Source of the DNA: Lachnospiraceae bacterium
Lineage (GTDB): Bacteria; Bacillota; Clostridia; Lachnospirales; Lachnospiraceae
Direction: 5' to 3'
NCBI GenBank assembly: GCA_017482945.1
Contig: JAFUMF010000093.1
Location: 1-51,688 of the forward strand
DNA length: 51,688 nt
Below are positions 31,330 through 40,381 of the stretch, in pieces. The notes beneath the pieces were generated by a model. That model saw only the letters and a list, made by a program, of their open reading frames with translations. It made no database searches and was not told the origin of the DNA. Each line of letters starts with the position of its first letter. The stretch's first letter is position 1. The position numbers and the translations under genes were made by a program.

Positions 31330-32379
31330 TTAACCCTCCTTCTTCTCTGTTTCAGCTTTTTTCTTCGCTTTTTCTTTGAACTGGATCAGTGTCTCCATTG
31401 TAGCGATGATGATGAATACAGCTGTGATTGTATCAACCAGCGCTTTCGGAACACCTGTACTCTGCTGCATACCCATCGCACCAGCCTTTAATACTGCAAG
31501 GAAGAATGCCATGAACGGTGTTGCAACAACGTTGTTCTTTACGATCAGGGCTGCTAACATACCGTTGCTTCCGAGACCTGTTGCGAAGTTATTAAGGAAG
31601 TAACCATGTACACCGAGAACCTCGATACAGCCAGCGATACCACAAAGAGCACCGGAGAGCATCATGGAACCGATGAAAACTTTTTTAGAGTTGATACCAA
31701 CGAAATCTGCGTGATCCGGGTTGGTACCTACGGTACGGATCTTGTAACCCCATGTTGTCTTGTAGAGCATGAAGATTACTAACAGTACCAGGATAATTGC
31801 AATTACGATACCCAGGTTCGCACTACTCGGTTTCATGAACTGATGGAGAGTAACTGTTACCGGGTGGGACTGAGCGTTTGCTGTACCCGCGCTCATCGGG
31901 CCGCTTACTAAGTAGGAAGTGATGTACAGAGCAACTGTGTTCATAAGGATCGTTGTACAAACTTCACTTACATTGTAGTACGCTTTTAAAGCAGCCGGGA
32001 TAAATCCCCAAATTGCGCCGACAACTGCTGCGCCTGCAAAACAAGCAACGAACAGGATCGGCTTCGGAAGGAATGTCCAGTTGATTCCGATATAGGCAGC
32101 AGCAATACCGCCAAGGAAGATCTGGCCTTCAAGACCAACGTTGAACGCACCGGCTTTCGCTGCAACTGCGAAAGCTACGGAAGATAACAGAAGCGGTGTG
32201 AATCCGGCAAGTGTTGTACCAAGACGGAGTTTACCGTTGAATGCACCTTTGAAAAGTGCAACGTAAGCGTCGATCGGATTTTCACCGATGCCGACGATGA
32301 AGAGCGCTCCAATGCCAAGAGAGAGCAGCATTGTAACTAAAATTCTTATAAAACCAGCTTTTGCACTATTGTTATTCAT
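31330..32379 (-). CDS. nucleoside-type ABC transporter permease, NupP-like
   Basis: FNVGLEGQ, SEVCTTILMN, GYKIRTVG. Confidence 0.9.
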   Translation of the reverse strand: MNNNSAKAGFIRILVTMLLSLGIGALFIVGIGENPIDAYVALFKGAFNGKLRLGTTLAGFTPLLLSSVAFAVAAKAGAFNVGLEGQIFLGGIAAAYIGINWTFLPKPILFVACFAGAAVVGAIWGFIPAALKAYYNVSEVCTTILMNTVALYITSYLVSGPMSAGTANAQSHPVTVTLHQFMKPSSANLGIVIAIILVLLVIFMLYKTTWGYKIRTVGTNPDHADFVGINSKKVFIGSMMLSGALCGIAGCIEVLGVHGYFLNNFATGLGSNGMLAALIVKNNVVATPFMAFFLAVLKAGAMGMQQSTGVPKALVDTITAVFIIIATMETLIQFKEKAKKKAETEKKEG

Positions 32380-32384
32380 ACTGC

Positions 32385-33911
32385 TTATTTACTCTCCTTT
32401 CCACCCATCATCAAGAGACCAAGGTTGTTTTCATTTGCTTCGCTCGCCATCAGCTCACCTGTGATCTTACCTTCGTGGATAACAACGATACGGTCGGACA
32501 GGGAAATAATTTCCTCAAGCTCTGCAGATACAAGAAGAACGCCTGCGCCTTCTTTCTTTGCTTTTTCCAGTGTATTACGGATGATCTCGATCGCACCAAC
32601 GTCGACACCACGAGTCGGCTGGGATGCGATTAAGAGCGGTTTGCCCATGGAAACTTCGCGGGCTACAACTACCTTCTGTGCATTACCACCGGATAATGCA
32701 GATGTCGGAAGGTTGTAATCAGTCGGACGGATATCGAACTGTTTTACTTTCTCTTCTGCGTACTTATCCTGATCAGCCTTCTGAACCATCATGCCCTTGG
32801 AGAACGGAGCCTCGTCAAGCTGAACAGCTACCAGGTTGTCTACGATAGACATTGTACGGTTCAGACCACGTTTGTTACGGTCTTCCGGAATATGTGCAAG
32901 TCCTGCATCACGAACCTTCTTCGGGTTGAAGTTTGTAATGTCTTTACCATTTAAGATCACAGAACCTTTTTCCACTTTTCTGATACCAGTGATCGCCTCG
33001 ATCAATTCGCTCTGACCGTTTCCGTCGATACCTGCGATACCAACGATCTCACCCTCGTTTACATGGAGGGACATGCCACGGATCTTGGAAGTTTCCTTGT
33101 TACTGGATACCCATACATCTTTTACTTCCAGAACTGTCTTTCCTGCTTTTCCGTAGGACTTATCGATATTTAAGAATACCTCACGTCCGATCATTCTCTT
33201 TGTCAGATCGAGCGGGGAAGTTTCTTCTTTATTTACAGTACCCATGTACTGACCCTGACGCATTACAGAGATACGGTTGGAGATCTCCATAACCTCGTCT
33301 AACTTATGAGAAATGAAAACCAGAGATTTTCCGTCTTCTCTTAAGTTCTTTAAGATTTCAAAAAGTCTTCTTGCTTCCTGCGGTGTTAATACAGCAGTCG
33401 GCTCGTCCAGGATAATTACATCTGCACCACGCATCAGAGTCTTGATGATCTCTACTCTCTGTGCCTCACCTACGGAAATCTGGCTGATCTTTTTATCTAA
33501 CTGAACTTCCATGTCATACTGGTCAATATACTTCTGTACTTCTTTTCTTGCGGAATCGAAGTCAATAGTAAGACCTTTTGTCGGCTCAAAGCCAAGAATG
33601 ATATTTTCCAGAACAGTCAGCTCTTCAACGAGCATGAACTCCTGGTGTACCATTCCGATACCATGTTCAATGGCAGTTTTCGGATCAAGACGATCCATTT
33701 TCTTCCCCTTGACGATAATTTCGCCGCTGTTGATCGGGTACATACCATAGAGCAGTTTCATCATTGTAGATTTACCGGCACCGTTTTCACCGATCAGGGA
33801 GTGGATCTCACCTTTTTTCAGATTGAACTCACCGTGTCGCACTGCCTGTACTGTACCGAATGTCTTGACGATATTACTCATCGATACAACATATTCACTC
33901 ATTTGCTTCAC
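32385..33911 (-). CDS. dual-domain ABC ATPase, NupO-like
   Basis: GENGAGKST, MVHQEF, DEPTAVLTPQE, GIDGNGQSEL, LSGGNAQK, QPTRGVD. Confidence 0.93.
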   Translation of the reverse strand: MKQMSEYVVSMSNIVKTFGTVQAVRHGEFNLKKGEIHSLIGENGAGKSTMMKLLYGMYPINSGEIIVKGKKMDRLDPKTAIEHGIGMVHQEFMLVEELTVLENIILGFEPTKGLTIDFDSARKEVQKYIDQYDMEVQLDKKISQISVGEAQRVEIIKTLMRGADVIILDEPTAVLTPQEARRLFEILKNLREDGKSLVFISHKLDEVMEISNRISVMRQGQYMGTVNKEETSPLDLTKRMIGREVFLNIDKSYGKAGKTVLEVKDVWVSSNKETSKIRGMSLHVNEGEIVGIAGIDGNGQSELIEAITGIRKVEKGSVILNGKDITNFNPKKVRDAGLAHIPEDRNKRGLNRTMSIVDNLVAVQLDEAPFSKGMMVQKADQDKYAEEKVKQFDIRPTDYNLPTSALSGGNAQKVVVAREVSMGKPLLIASQPTRGVDVGAIEIIRNTLEKAKKEGAGVLLVSAELEEIISLSDRIVVIHEGKITGELMASEANENNLGLLMMGGKESK

Positions 33912-33941
33912 CCTCTTTTATATTTGCGGCTGCTTTATAAT

Positions 33942-34066
33942 AGAGTTCCGCTTGCGGAACTCTCGTGCCGCCACGCGGCTGCTTTTGCAGCCAAACTACC
34001 GCTGGCGTGGCGTGCACATCCACGCGGAGCGTTTTGAAATATCAGTTATACTGATATTTCAAAAAA
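33942..34066 (-). repeat. structured intergenic repeat, copy B, with GC-rich flanking hairpins
   Basis: CATCCACGCGGAGCG-TTTT followed by a perfect 15-bp hairpin (34032-34064); also GGCTGC-TTTT-GCAGCC and AGAGTTCCGC-TT-GCGGAACTCT. Confidence 0.7.
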
Positions 34067-34091
34067 ACAGGGATCAAAGATGATCCCTGTT
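34061..34091 (-). terminator. terminator-like hairpin after BMP gene
   Basis: AACAGGGATCA/TGATCCCTGTT followed by T7 on minus strand. Confidence 0.7.
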
Positions 34092-34113
34092 CTTTCCCAT
34101 TTCGTCACAGGTA

Positions 34114-35229
34114 TTAGTTAGCCGGACCGAAACCTTCGTAGTTTTCTACAACGATTTCACCAGCGATGATCTTCTCAGAGAGTTCATCAACTTTATCAAC
34201 GATTTCCTGCGGGAACTTGTCGCCAAGGTGCTCTTTGATAACGGAGAAATCTGTAAGGCTAACGCCGCCATCCTTTAAGGACAGGTACTGAGTTGTACCA
34301 CCAGCGAATGTACCTTCTACTACAGACTGGATTGTAAGGTAGCAAGCATTGTCAACACGTTTTACCATGGAAGTAAGAACAGCACCCGGCTGATCAGCAT
34401 CCTGGTTTAAGTCAACGCCGATTGCGTATAAGCCTTTTTCTTTAGCGCCTTCGAGAACGCCTGCACCTGTACCGGAAGCAACGTTCATAACGATATCTGC
34501 ACCCTGATCGAACTGAGCGAATGTAAGCTCTTTACCCTTTAACGGGTTGGACCACTCACCAGCGAAAGCCTGTAAGATCTGAATATCCGGGTTGATGTAT
34601 TTAGCACCCTGCTCATAACCTGTGAAGAAGTCATGAAGAACCGGGATATCCATTCCGCCTACCCAACCGATGATAGCGTCTTCGTTAACGCCATCGATAT
34701 CTGTCATCTCTGTGAACATAGCTGCTGCTGCACCTGCAAGGAAGGAACCCTCGTTCTGTGCGAAGGAGATGGACTGTACGTTCGGAAGGTCAACAGTTGT
34801 ATCGATAACTGCGAACTTTGTATCCGGGTAGTTCGGGCCATGCTCTGTGATGTAGTCAGCGATGTTGGAAGAAGCACCGATTACGAGGTCGTAGCCTTCT
34901 TCACAAGCTGCAAGAAGGTTGGACTCCCACTCTTCTGCTGTGGAACCTTCAAGAGATTTTAATTCGATGCCGAAATCTGTAACTGCCTGCTGAGCACCTG
35001 CGTTACAGGAGTCGTTGTAGGACTTGTCACCGAGGTTACCTGTGTAAACTACACATACACGGATCGGGTCCTCGCTAGCTGCTGCAGTTGTAGCTTCTGC
35101 TGCTGCCGCTGTTGTCTCTGTTGCTGCTACTGTTGTAGCTGCTGCTGTTGTTTCTGCTGCGCCGCCGCCACATGCTGTTAAACCAAGGCAAAGAGATGCT
35201 GCGAGAGCTGCACTAACAAGTTTTTTCAT
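34114..35229 (-). CDS. BMP family ABC substrate-binding lipoprotein (nucleoside-binding type)
   Basis: Lipobox LTAC, Ala/Thr linker, LGDKSYND, GSFLAG, IGVD, SMVKRVD. Confidence 0.92.
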   Translation of the reverse strand: MKKLVSAALAASLCLGLTACGGGAAETTAAATTVAATETTAAAAEATTAAASEDPIRVCVVYTGNLGDKSYNDSCNAGAQQAVTDFGIELKSLEGSTAEEWESNLLAACEEGYDLVIGASSNIADYITEHGPNYPDTKFAVIDTTVDLPNVQSISFAQNEGSFLAGAAAAMFTEMTDIDGVNEDAIIGWVGGMDIPVLHDFFTGYEQGAKYINPDIQILQAFAGEWSNPLKGKELTFAQFDQGADIVMNVASGTGAGVLEGAKEKGLYAIGVDLNQDADQPGAVLTSMVKRVDNACYLTIQSVVEGTFAGGTTQYLSLKDGGVSLTDFSVIKEHLGDKFPQEIVDKVDELSEKIIAGEIVVENYEGFGPAN

Positions 35230-35255
35230 AGTGAATTCCTCCTTAATTTTAAAAG

Positions 35256-35316
35256 TTTAGGAAAATGTTTTACTAAAGTTATTGTTGAAATTGCTGAGAA
35301 AACATTTTTCCTAAAG
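35256..35316. promoter_or_regulatory. two LacI-family-like operator sites
   Basis: TTTAGGAAAATGTTTTACTAAA (35256-35277, near-palindrome) and related TGAGAAAACATTTTTCCTAAA (about 35295-35315), both downstream of the BMP promoter. Confidence 0.6.
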
Positions 35317-35334
35317 CATTTTCTTTATGAAAAA

Positions 35335-35363
35335 AGCATAACACCATTGTTTCTTTTTGTCAA
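35335..35363 (-). promoter_or_regulatory. sigma-A promoter of nucleoside operon
   Basis: TTGACA-17 bp-TATGCT with TGn extension. Confidence 0.75.
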
Positions 35364-35455
35364 TGTGATTTTCTTTTTCTTCCTTTTCTTAACGATTTCA
35401 AGTATAATTATTTATAGAAGATATACAAATTTAGACTGATATACAGGAGTTTCCT

Positions 35456-37357
35456 ATGACGATTAAAGAAATTGCACGCCTTGCCGGTGTATCCATCTCC
35501 ACAGTTTCCAAGGTCATGAACCATAAGGACGCAAGCATTAGTCCTGAGACCCGGGACAAAGTACTCCGGATCGTAAAAGAATTCAATTATACACCATATT
35601 CAAACACCAATCTCCCTAACGCGGCCTCAAAGACCTTTACCCTCGGTCTTCTGATCCGTTCCGCAGAGACAAGCCTTTCCTTAAACTCGATCATCAAAGC
35701 CGCAAGAAGCCTCGGCTATACCGTCCTGGTGTCTGATTCCGCCAACCAGCCGGAGCAGGAATTTCTCGGTGTGACTGCACTCTGCCGACATGGCGTTGAC
35801 GGTGTTCTGTGGGAACCGTTAAATGAAGACAGCCTGAACTTTGCAGAGAGTTTTCGTACCTCGAAGATTCCGTTCCTGCTGTTTAATTACTCCCACGCGG
35901 AGGGCGCACTCAATATCGATTTCGAACAGATGGGATATGATGCGACCATGGCTCTGGTGCAGGCTCATCACACTGACATCGCATGCCTGCTTTCCCCGGG
36001 GACTCGCACAGAACGTTTCCTGAACGGATATAAAAAGTGCCTGTTTGATAATGGGATCCCCTTTCTGGACTCCATGGTCTATCAGGAGCCCTGTGAAAGC
36101 CTGATCCATAAAATTACCAGCCATGCCATCACCGGAATCGTAAGTTCCCATTCTTCCGCAGCAAATCATCTGCACGGAGAATTGTCCTCCCTGCATTATC
36201 AGATTCCATATGAGGTATCTCTGGTTTCGCTGAAAAATGACTCCCGGGCACATACGGTATATCCGGAAATCTCCACGTTCACCACTCCACATTTCGCCTT
36301 TGGGCGTCATCTGTGCGAGCAGCTGGTCGCAATGATGGAGAACCCGGACCATGTACCGCTGGCCTTTGAGACTCATCCGACGCTCGATAACCGGACCACC
36401 ATCGCGATCCCCTACTCCCATCGGAACCAGCCGCTTCTGGTGGTGGGAAGCATCAACCTTGACACTTACCTTAAGATGGAGCAGCTGCCATACACCGGAA
36501 AATCCATGATGACCTCCTCTTCCTCCGTCTATCCGGGCGGAAAAGGCGTCAACCAAGCCATCGGTGCAGCCAAGCTTGGAGCCCACGTGTCACTGATCGG
36601 CGCGGTAGGAAGCGATGTAGAATCCGACCTGATCTATGAAGCATTAAAGGCACATTCCATCGATGCCAGCGAAGTCCGGCGCTGTACCGATGCGGCAACA
36701 GGAAAAGCGTTCATTTTTGTTCAGCGCGACGGCGACTCTCTCATTTCCATTTTGTCCGGAGCCAACAGCTATCTGTCACCGGACGATATCAAGAAGAACA
36801 GCCGGTACTTTGAAAACTGCCGATACTGTCTGGTCCAGACAGAGATCCCGCAGGACACAGTCATGACCACATGCCACATGGCAAGGGCCCACGGAGTTTC
36901 CATCATTCTGAAGCCGTCTACCTGCAGCTATCTTGATCCGGAACTGCTTCCATATATCAACATCCTGGTTCCGAACCTGAATGAGATCAATCTCCTGTGT
37001 CCGGATGGCACTCTCAGTGAAAAAGCAGATTACTTTTTAGACCGGGGTGTTGAGACAGTCATCATTTCTCTTGGTGCCGACGGCTGTTATTATAAAACCA
37101 AAACCATGGAGGAAAGCATTCCTGCGATTCCGTTCCAGGCCATTGACAACACCGGTGCCTGCGACGCATTCATCAGTGCGCTGGCAGTCTATCTCCAGGA
37201 AGGATATCCAATGGAAAAAGCAGTCCGCATTGCCAACTACGCAGGCGGTTTCAGCATCACAAGGGAAGGCGTACCGGATTCCCTCGTGGACCGCAGTTCT
37301 CTGGAACGCTATATTTTCAGACATGAGCCGGAACTGCTCAACATACAACAAAAATAG
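35456..37357 (+). CDS. LacI family regulator fused to a C-terminal ribokinase/PfkB domain
   Basis: MTIKEIARLAGVSISTVSKVMN HTH, periplasmic-binding-like core, then VVGSINLD, PGGKGVNQA, PNLNE, IDNTGACDAF. Confidence 0.92.
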   Translation: MTIKEIARLAGVSISTVSKVMNHKDASISPETRDKVLRIVKEFNYTPYSNTNLPNAASKTFTLGLLIRSAETSLSLNSIIKAARSLGYTVLVSDSANQPEQEFLGVTALCRHGVDGVLWEPLNEDSLNFAESFRTSKIPFLLFNYSHAEGALNIDFEQMGYDATMALVQAHHTDIACLLSPGTRTERFLNGYKKCLFDNGIPFLDSMVYQEPCESLIHKITSHAITGIVSSHSSAANHLHGELSSLHYQIPYEVSLVSLKNDSRAHTVYPEISTFTTPHFAFGRHLCEQLVAMMENPDHVPLAFETHPTLDNRTTIAIPYSHRNQPLLVVGSINLDTYLKMEQLPYTGKSMMTSSSSVYPGGKGVNQAIGAAKLGAHVSLIGAVGSDVESDLIYEALKAHSIDASEVRRCTDAATGKAFIFVQRDGDSLISILSGANSYLSPDDIKKNSRYFENCRYCLVQTEIPQDTVMTTCHMARAHGVSIILKPSTCSYLDPELLPYINILVPNLNEINLLCPDGTLSEKADYFLDRGVETVIISLGADGCYYKTKTMEESIPAIPFQAIDNTGACDAFISALAVYLQEGYPMEKAVRIANYAGGFSITREGVPDSLVDRSSLERYIFRHEPELLNIQQK

Positions 37358-37366
37358 GCAGAAAAA

Positions 37367-37397
37367 CAAAAGATCCAGGAAATCATTCCTGGATCTT
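37367..37397. terminator. hairpin terminator between convergent regulator and tRNA-Gln
   Basis: AAGATCCAGGAA-ATCA-TTCCTGGATCTT perfect stem. Confidence 0.75.
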
Positions 37398-37400
37398 CAG

Positions 37401-37473
37401 CTGGGCTACAAGGATTCGAACCTTGAAAATGACGGAGTCAGAGTCCGTTGCCTTACCATTTGGCGATAGCCCA
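37401..37473 (-). tRNA. tRNA-Gln (anticodon CTG)
   Basis: TGGGCTA acceptor stem, ACGGA-CT-CTG-AC-TCCGT anticodon arm, GGTTCGAATCC; CCA not encoded. Confidence 0.95.
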
Positions 37474-37490
37474 TCAATCGAACGAATGTT

Positions 37491-37519
37491 ATTATAAAAC
37501 ACTCGTCCGATTTCGTCAA
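37491..37519 (-). promoter_or_regulatory. sigma-A promoter of tRNA-Gln
   Basis: TTGACG-17 bp-TATAAT with AT-rich UP region. Confidence 0.75.
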
Positions 37520-37564
37520 GTATTATTTTCAAATTTTTTCAAAAAATTTTATTATTTTCGATTT

Positions 37565-38788
37565 TTATGCCTGCGGTGTCAACGGGACCACCTGCTCAAT
37601 GATGGAGCCGGCTGGCTGTGTGCTCTCCGGAGCTGACGTTTCCGGAGCCGCAGTTTCCGGGGCCTGGGTTTCAGGCACTGTCGGTGCTTCTGTCGGTGCC
37701 GGCGCAGCTGTTTCCGGCTGAGTTTCTTCTACTGCTGGCTGAGTTTCAGCTTCCACAGGCGCAGCAGTTGTTTCTTCTGCTGCAGCAGAAGTCTCCTCTG
37801 ACACGGTCTCTTCCATAGCATTGGTCTCTCCCTCCGCACTGGATTCTTCCATTGTTTCCGCAGATCCCTCTTCGCTTTCTGCCAGTTCACCCTCTGCTTC
37901 AGAAGATGATTCTTCCACTGTCTCCGGTGCTTCTGTTTCTGCTGCCGTTGTCGCTGCTGTCGTCGGAGCCGTGGTCACCGGTTCAGTCTCTTCCGCCTCT
38001 GTTTCAACAGCCGCCGTTGTCTCCTCCGGCGCTGCCTCAGTTTCTACCATCACAGAATAAACTTGTTTCGCGATCACCACAATAAAGGAGGTATCATATT
38101 TCCGTCCCGAAATCTCAGCAAAGAGGTCATCAAGCGGCATCTTAAGCAGGCGGTCCATGTCCGCCTCTCTAATGGAGGCATTCTCATCAACCAGATCCTT
38201 TACCAGTGCAGCCTTTCCTAAAGATACACCATAGTCTGCTGCCAGTTCACCGGATGCCATTTCTCCCTCCAGCACACTCACATAAACTGTTCCATTGGAG
38301 TGCTTCTTTCTGAGAAATGCCTCCGCATACACGTGGATCTCGTCGGCAAAGCGGTCCAAGTCGGCAGAAATTCCTGTCGCCGATGGTCGCAGCGTGAAAA
38401 TCACTGCCTCGCCGTCGCCAAGCTCTCCATGGTCAGAAAGTCCTTGTAAAATTTTTTCGGTCCCCTCCTCCAGAGAGTAATCCTTCAACATTTCTGTCGC
38501 ATCTCCCTTGGACTTAAGGATTTCGCCCTTCCTATTTAAATATAGCTCCAGAACTGCCCCAGAATCCACTTCCAAAACGGCTGCCTCTTTTCTATTTCTC
38601 ACAGCAGACACTGCCGCCATGGCACTCACCGCCGCCAGACAGATTCCAAGCGCCACCACAGACCACAAAAGCCACTTTTTCAGTGCGTCCACCGACATTT
38701 CACCGTCTTCACCGCGTCCGATTTCCGGTGCCTTTCTGGACGTTTCCCTTCCCAACATTCCATTGATCCAATCTTTCAACATACTCAT
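37565..38788 (-). CDS. membrane-anchored protein with RsgI-like extracellular domain and acidic A/E/T/P-rich tail
   Basis: One TM; VLELYLNRKGEIL and YGVSLGKAALV segments resemble RsgI-type domains; C-terminal ~160 aa low complexity. Confidence 0.55.
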   Translation of the reverse strand: MSMLKDWINGMLGRETSRKAPEIGRGEDGEMSVDALKKWLLWSVVALGICLAAVSAMAAVSAVRNRKEAAVLEVDSGAVLELYLNRKGEILKSKGDATEMLKDYSLEEGTEKILQGLSDHGELGDGEAVIFTLRPSATGISADLDRFADEIHVYAEAFLRKKHSNGTVYVSVLEGEMASGELAADYGVSLGKAALVKDLVDENASIREADMDRLLKMPLDDLFAEISGRKYDTSFIVVIAKQVYSVMVETEAAPEETTAAVETEAEETEPVTTAPTTAATTAAETEAPETVEESSSEAEGELAESEEGSAETMEESSAEGETNAMEETVSEETSAAAEETTAAPVEAETQPAVEETQPETAAPAPTEAPTVPETQAPETAAPETSAPESTQPAGSIIEQVVPLTPQA

Positions 38789-38808
38789 ACCGGCCTCTTT
38801 TTTATTTC

Positions 38809-39558
38809 TTAATCATACTCCACATTCATGAGAAAAAGTCCTTCCGGCGGCGCAGTCATGCCTGCTGCCTCACGGTTCAATGCCGTAAGGATCGTTCCCA
38901 TCTCCTCCGGCCTTCTCTTTCCAAGACCAACCTCCAACAGCGTTCCTGTCAAGATCCGCACCATGTTATACAAAAATCCGTTTCCTGTGTAGGAAAATAC
39001 CACCTGACTTCCCCGTTCTTCGATTTCGATGGAGTCCAGACGGCGGACCGTACTCTTTTTCATCTTCTTGTTGGAACAGAAGCTTTTGAAATCATGTTCC
39101 CCCGTAAGATACTCCGCCGCAGCTCTCATGGCCGCAACATCCAGCTTCTCTCCCAGTCCGTAGACATATTTTCTCTCAAACACATTTTTCTTATCCGCAG
39201 TCTCCACAAAGTACGCGTAGGTTTTTCGCGTTGCCAGAAGTCTGCTGTGAAACCGCTCTGCGGCTACTTCCGCATGAAGCACACGAATATCTTCCGGCAG
39301 ATACCGGTTCAGATAGTCCTTGGCCTCCTTCGCCGATCTGCAGACTTTTGAATCCACATGGAAATTTGCGACCTGGCCTCTGGCATGGACTCCTGCGTCT
39401 GTGCGTCCGGAGCCGTGGATCTCGATTTCCTCACCGGCCCACTTAAAAAGAATCGCTTCCAGCTTTCCCTGAATGGTATTGTCGGTATTTCCCTGCTTCT
39501 GCCAGCCGTCATATCTGGATCCGTCATACTCCAGGACCAGCTTGATGTTCTGTTTCAT
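38809..39558 (-). CDS. truA: tRNA pseudouridine(38-40) synthase TruA
   Basis: YDGSRYDGWQ, GSGRTDAGVHA, GFLYNMVR. Confidence 0.96.
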   Translation of the reverse strand: MKQNIKLVLEYDGSRYDGWQKQGNTDNTIQGKLEAILFKWAGEEIEIHGSGRTDAGVHARGQVANFHVDSKVCRSAKEAKDYLNRYLPEDIRVLHAEVAAERFHSRLLATRKTYAYFVETADKKNVFERKYVYGLGEKLDVAAMRAAAEYLTGEHDFKSFCSNKKMKKSTVRRLDSIEIEERGSQVVFSYTGNGFLYNMVRILTGTLLEVGLGKRRPEEMGTILTALNREAAGMTAPPEGLFLMNVEYD

Positions 39559-39718
39559 AACCCCTCTGCTTCCTTTATCCACAGGAGTGCTGCCCCCGGA
39601 TATTTCCTGTCAAAGCAAGCCCTTTCCTGTAATAACAAGACCCCGGCAGGCATTTTGTTTCGCCTCCCGGGGTTCTTCACATTTCATATTCTGCCGCAAT
39701 CAGTATAACCAATTTCAG

Positions 39719-40189
39719 TTATTCTGTCAATTCAGAAGTACAATGCGGGCATCTTGTCGCTTTGATGCTGATTGTGGACTGACAGAACGGACATGTCTTT
39801 TCTGTCGGCTCAGCCGGAGTTTCCGGTGCCGGAGCCTCCTCCTGCTTTTCAGCAGCTGTGCGGATCTTGTTCACTGCTTTTACCATCATGAAAATCACGA
39901 ATGCTAAGATCACGAAATTGATGACCTGTGTAATGAACTGACCGTATGCGATTGTTGCAGTTGCTGCTCTCGCATCTTCCAGAGTTGCGTATGTACCGCC
40001 GTCCAGTGCGATGAACATATTTGTGAAATCCACCTTACCTGTAAACAGACCAACGACCGGCATGATCAGGTCATTTACTACAGAATTCACGATATCCTTG
40101 AACGCAGCACCGATGATCATACCAACTGCCATATCCAGCATATTGCCCTGAACAGCAAACTGCTTGAACTCTTTCATTAACTTGCTCAT
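39719..40189 (-). CDS. mscL: large-conductance mechanosensitive channel with C-terminal Zn-ribbon
   Basis: EFKQFAVQGNMLDMAVGMIIGAAF; tail CPFC...CPHC; start after GGAGG. Confidence 0.95.
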   Translation of the reverse strand: MSKLMKEFKQFAVQGNMLDMAVGMIIGAAFKDIVNSVVNDLIMPVVGLFTGKVDFTNMFIALDGGTYATLEDARAATATIAYGQFITQVINFVILAFVIFMMVKAVNKIRTAAEKQEEAPAPETPAEPTEKTCPFCQSTISIKATRCPHCTSELTE

Positions 40190-40330
40190 AGTTTCCCTCC
40201 TATATGTATTACTCTTGTCCATTATTTTAACAACATTTTTATATATTGGGAATACCTGACGACAATTTTTTTCACGATTCACAACAATTTCACATTTTTT
40301 CATTCATAAAGTGAGCAAAGAAGGTGCATC

Positions 40331-40369
40331 AAAAAAACATGCTGCCTACCCAATCGGGCAGACAGCATG
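40331..40369 (-). terminator. intrinsic terminator after glyA
   Basis: CATGCTG.CT.CCC/GGG.AG.CAGCATG hairpin followed by T7. Confidence 0.7.
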
Positions 40370-40381
40370 ACAGATTATTTC

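Noticed and set aside
35819-36586. 255-aa minus-strand ORF inside the LacI-PfkB gene
   Set aside because: Antisense shadow of a well-supported gene, no motifs
26200-37473. Nucleoside operon as an island integrated at tRNA-Gln
   Set aside because: No duplicated tRNA 3' end, integrase or obvious composition shift seen
37565-38060. Short repeats in A/E/T/P-rich coding regions, also the BMP linker at about 35080-35165
   Set aside because: Low-complexity protein linkers, not CRISPR or regular tandem arrays
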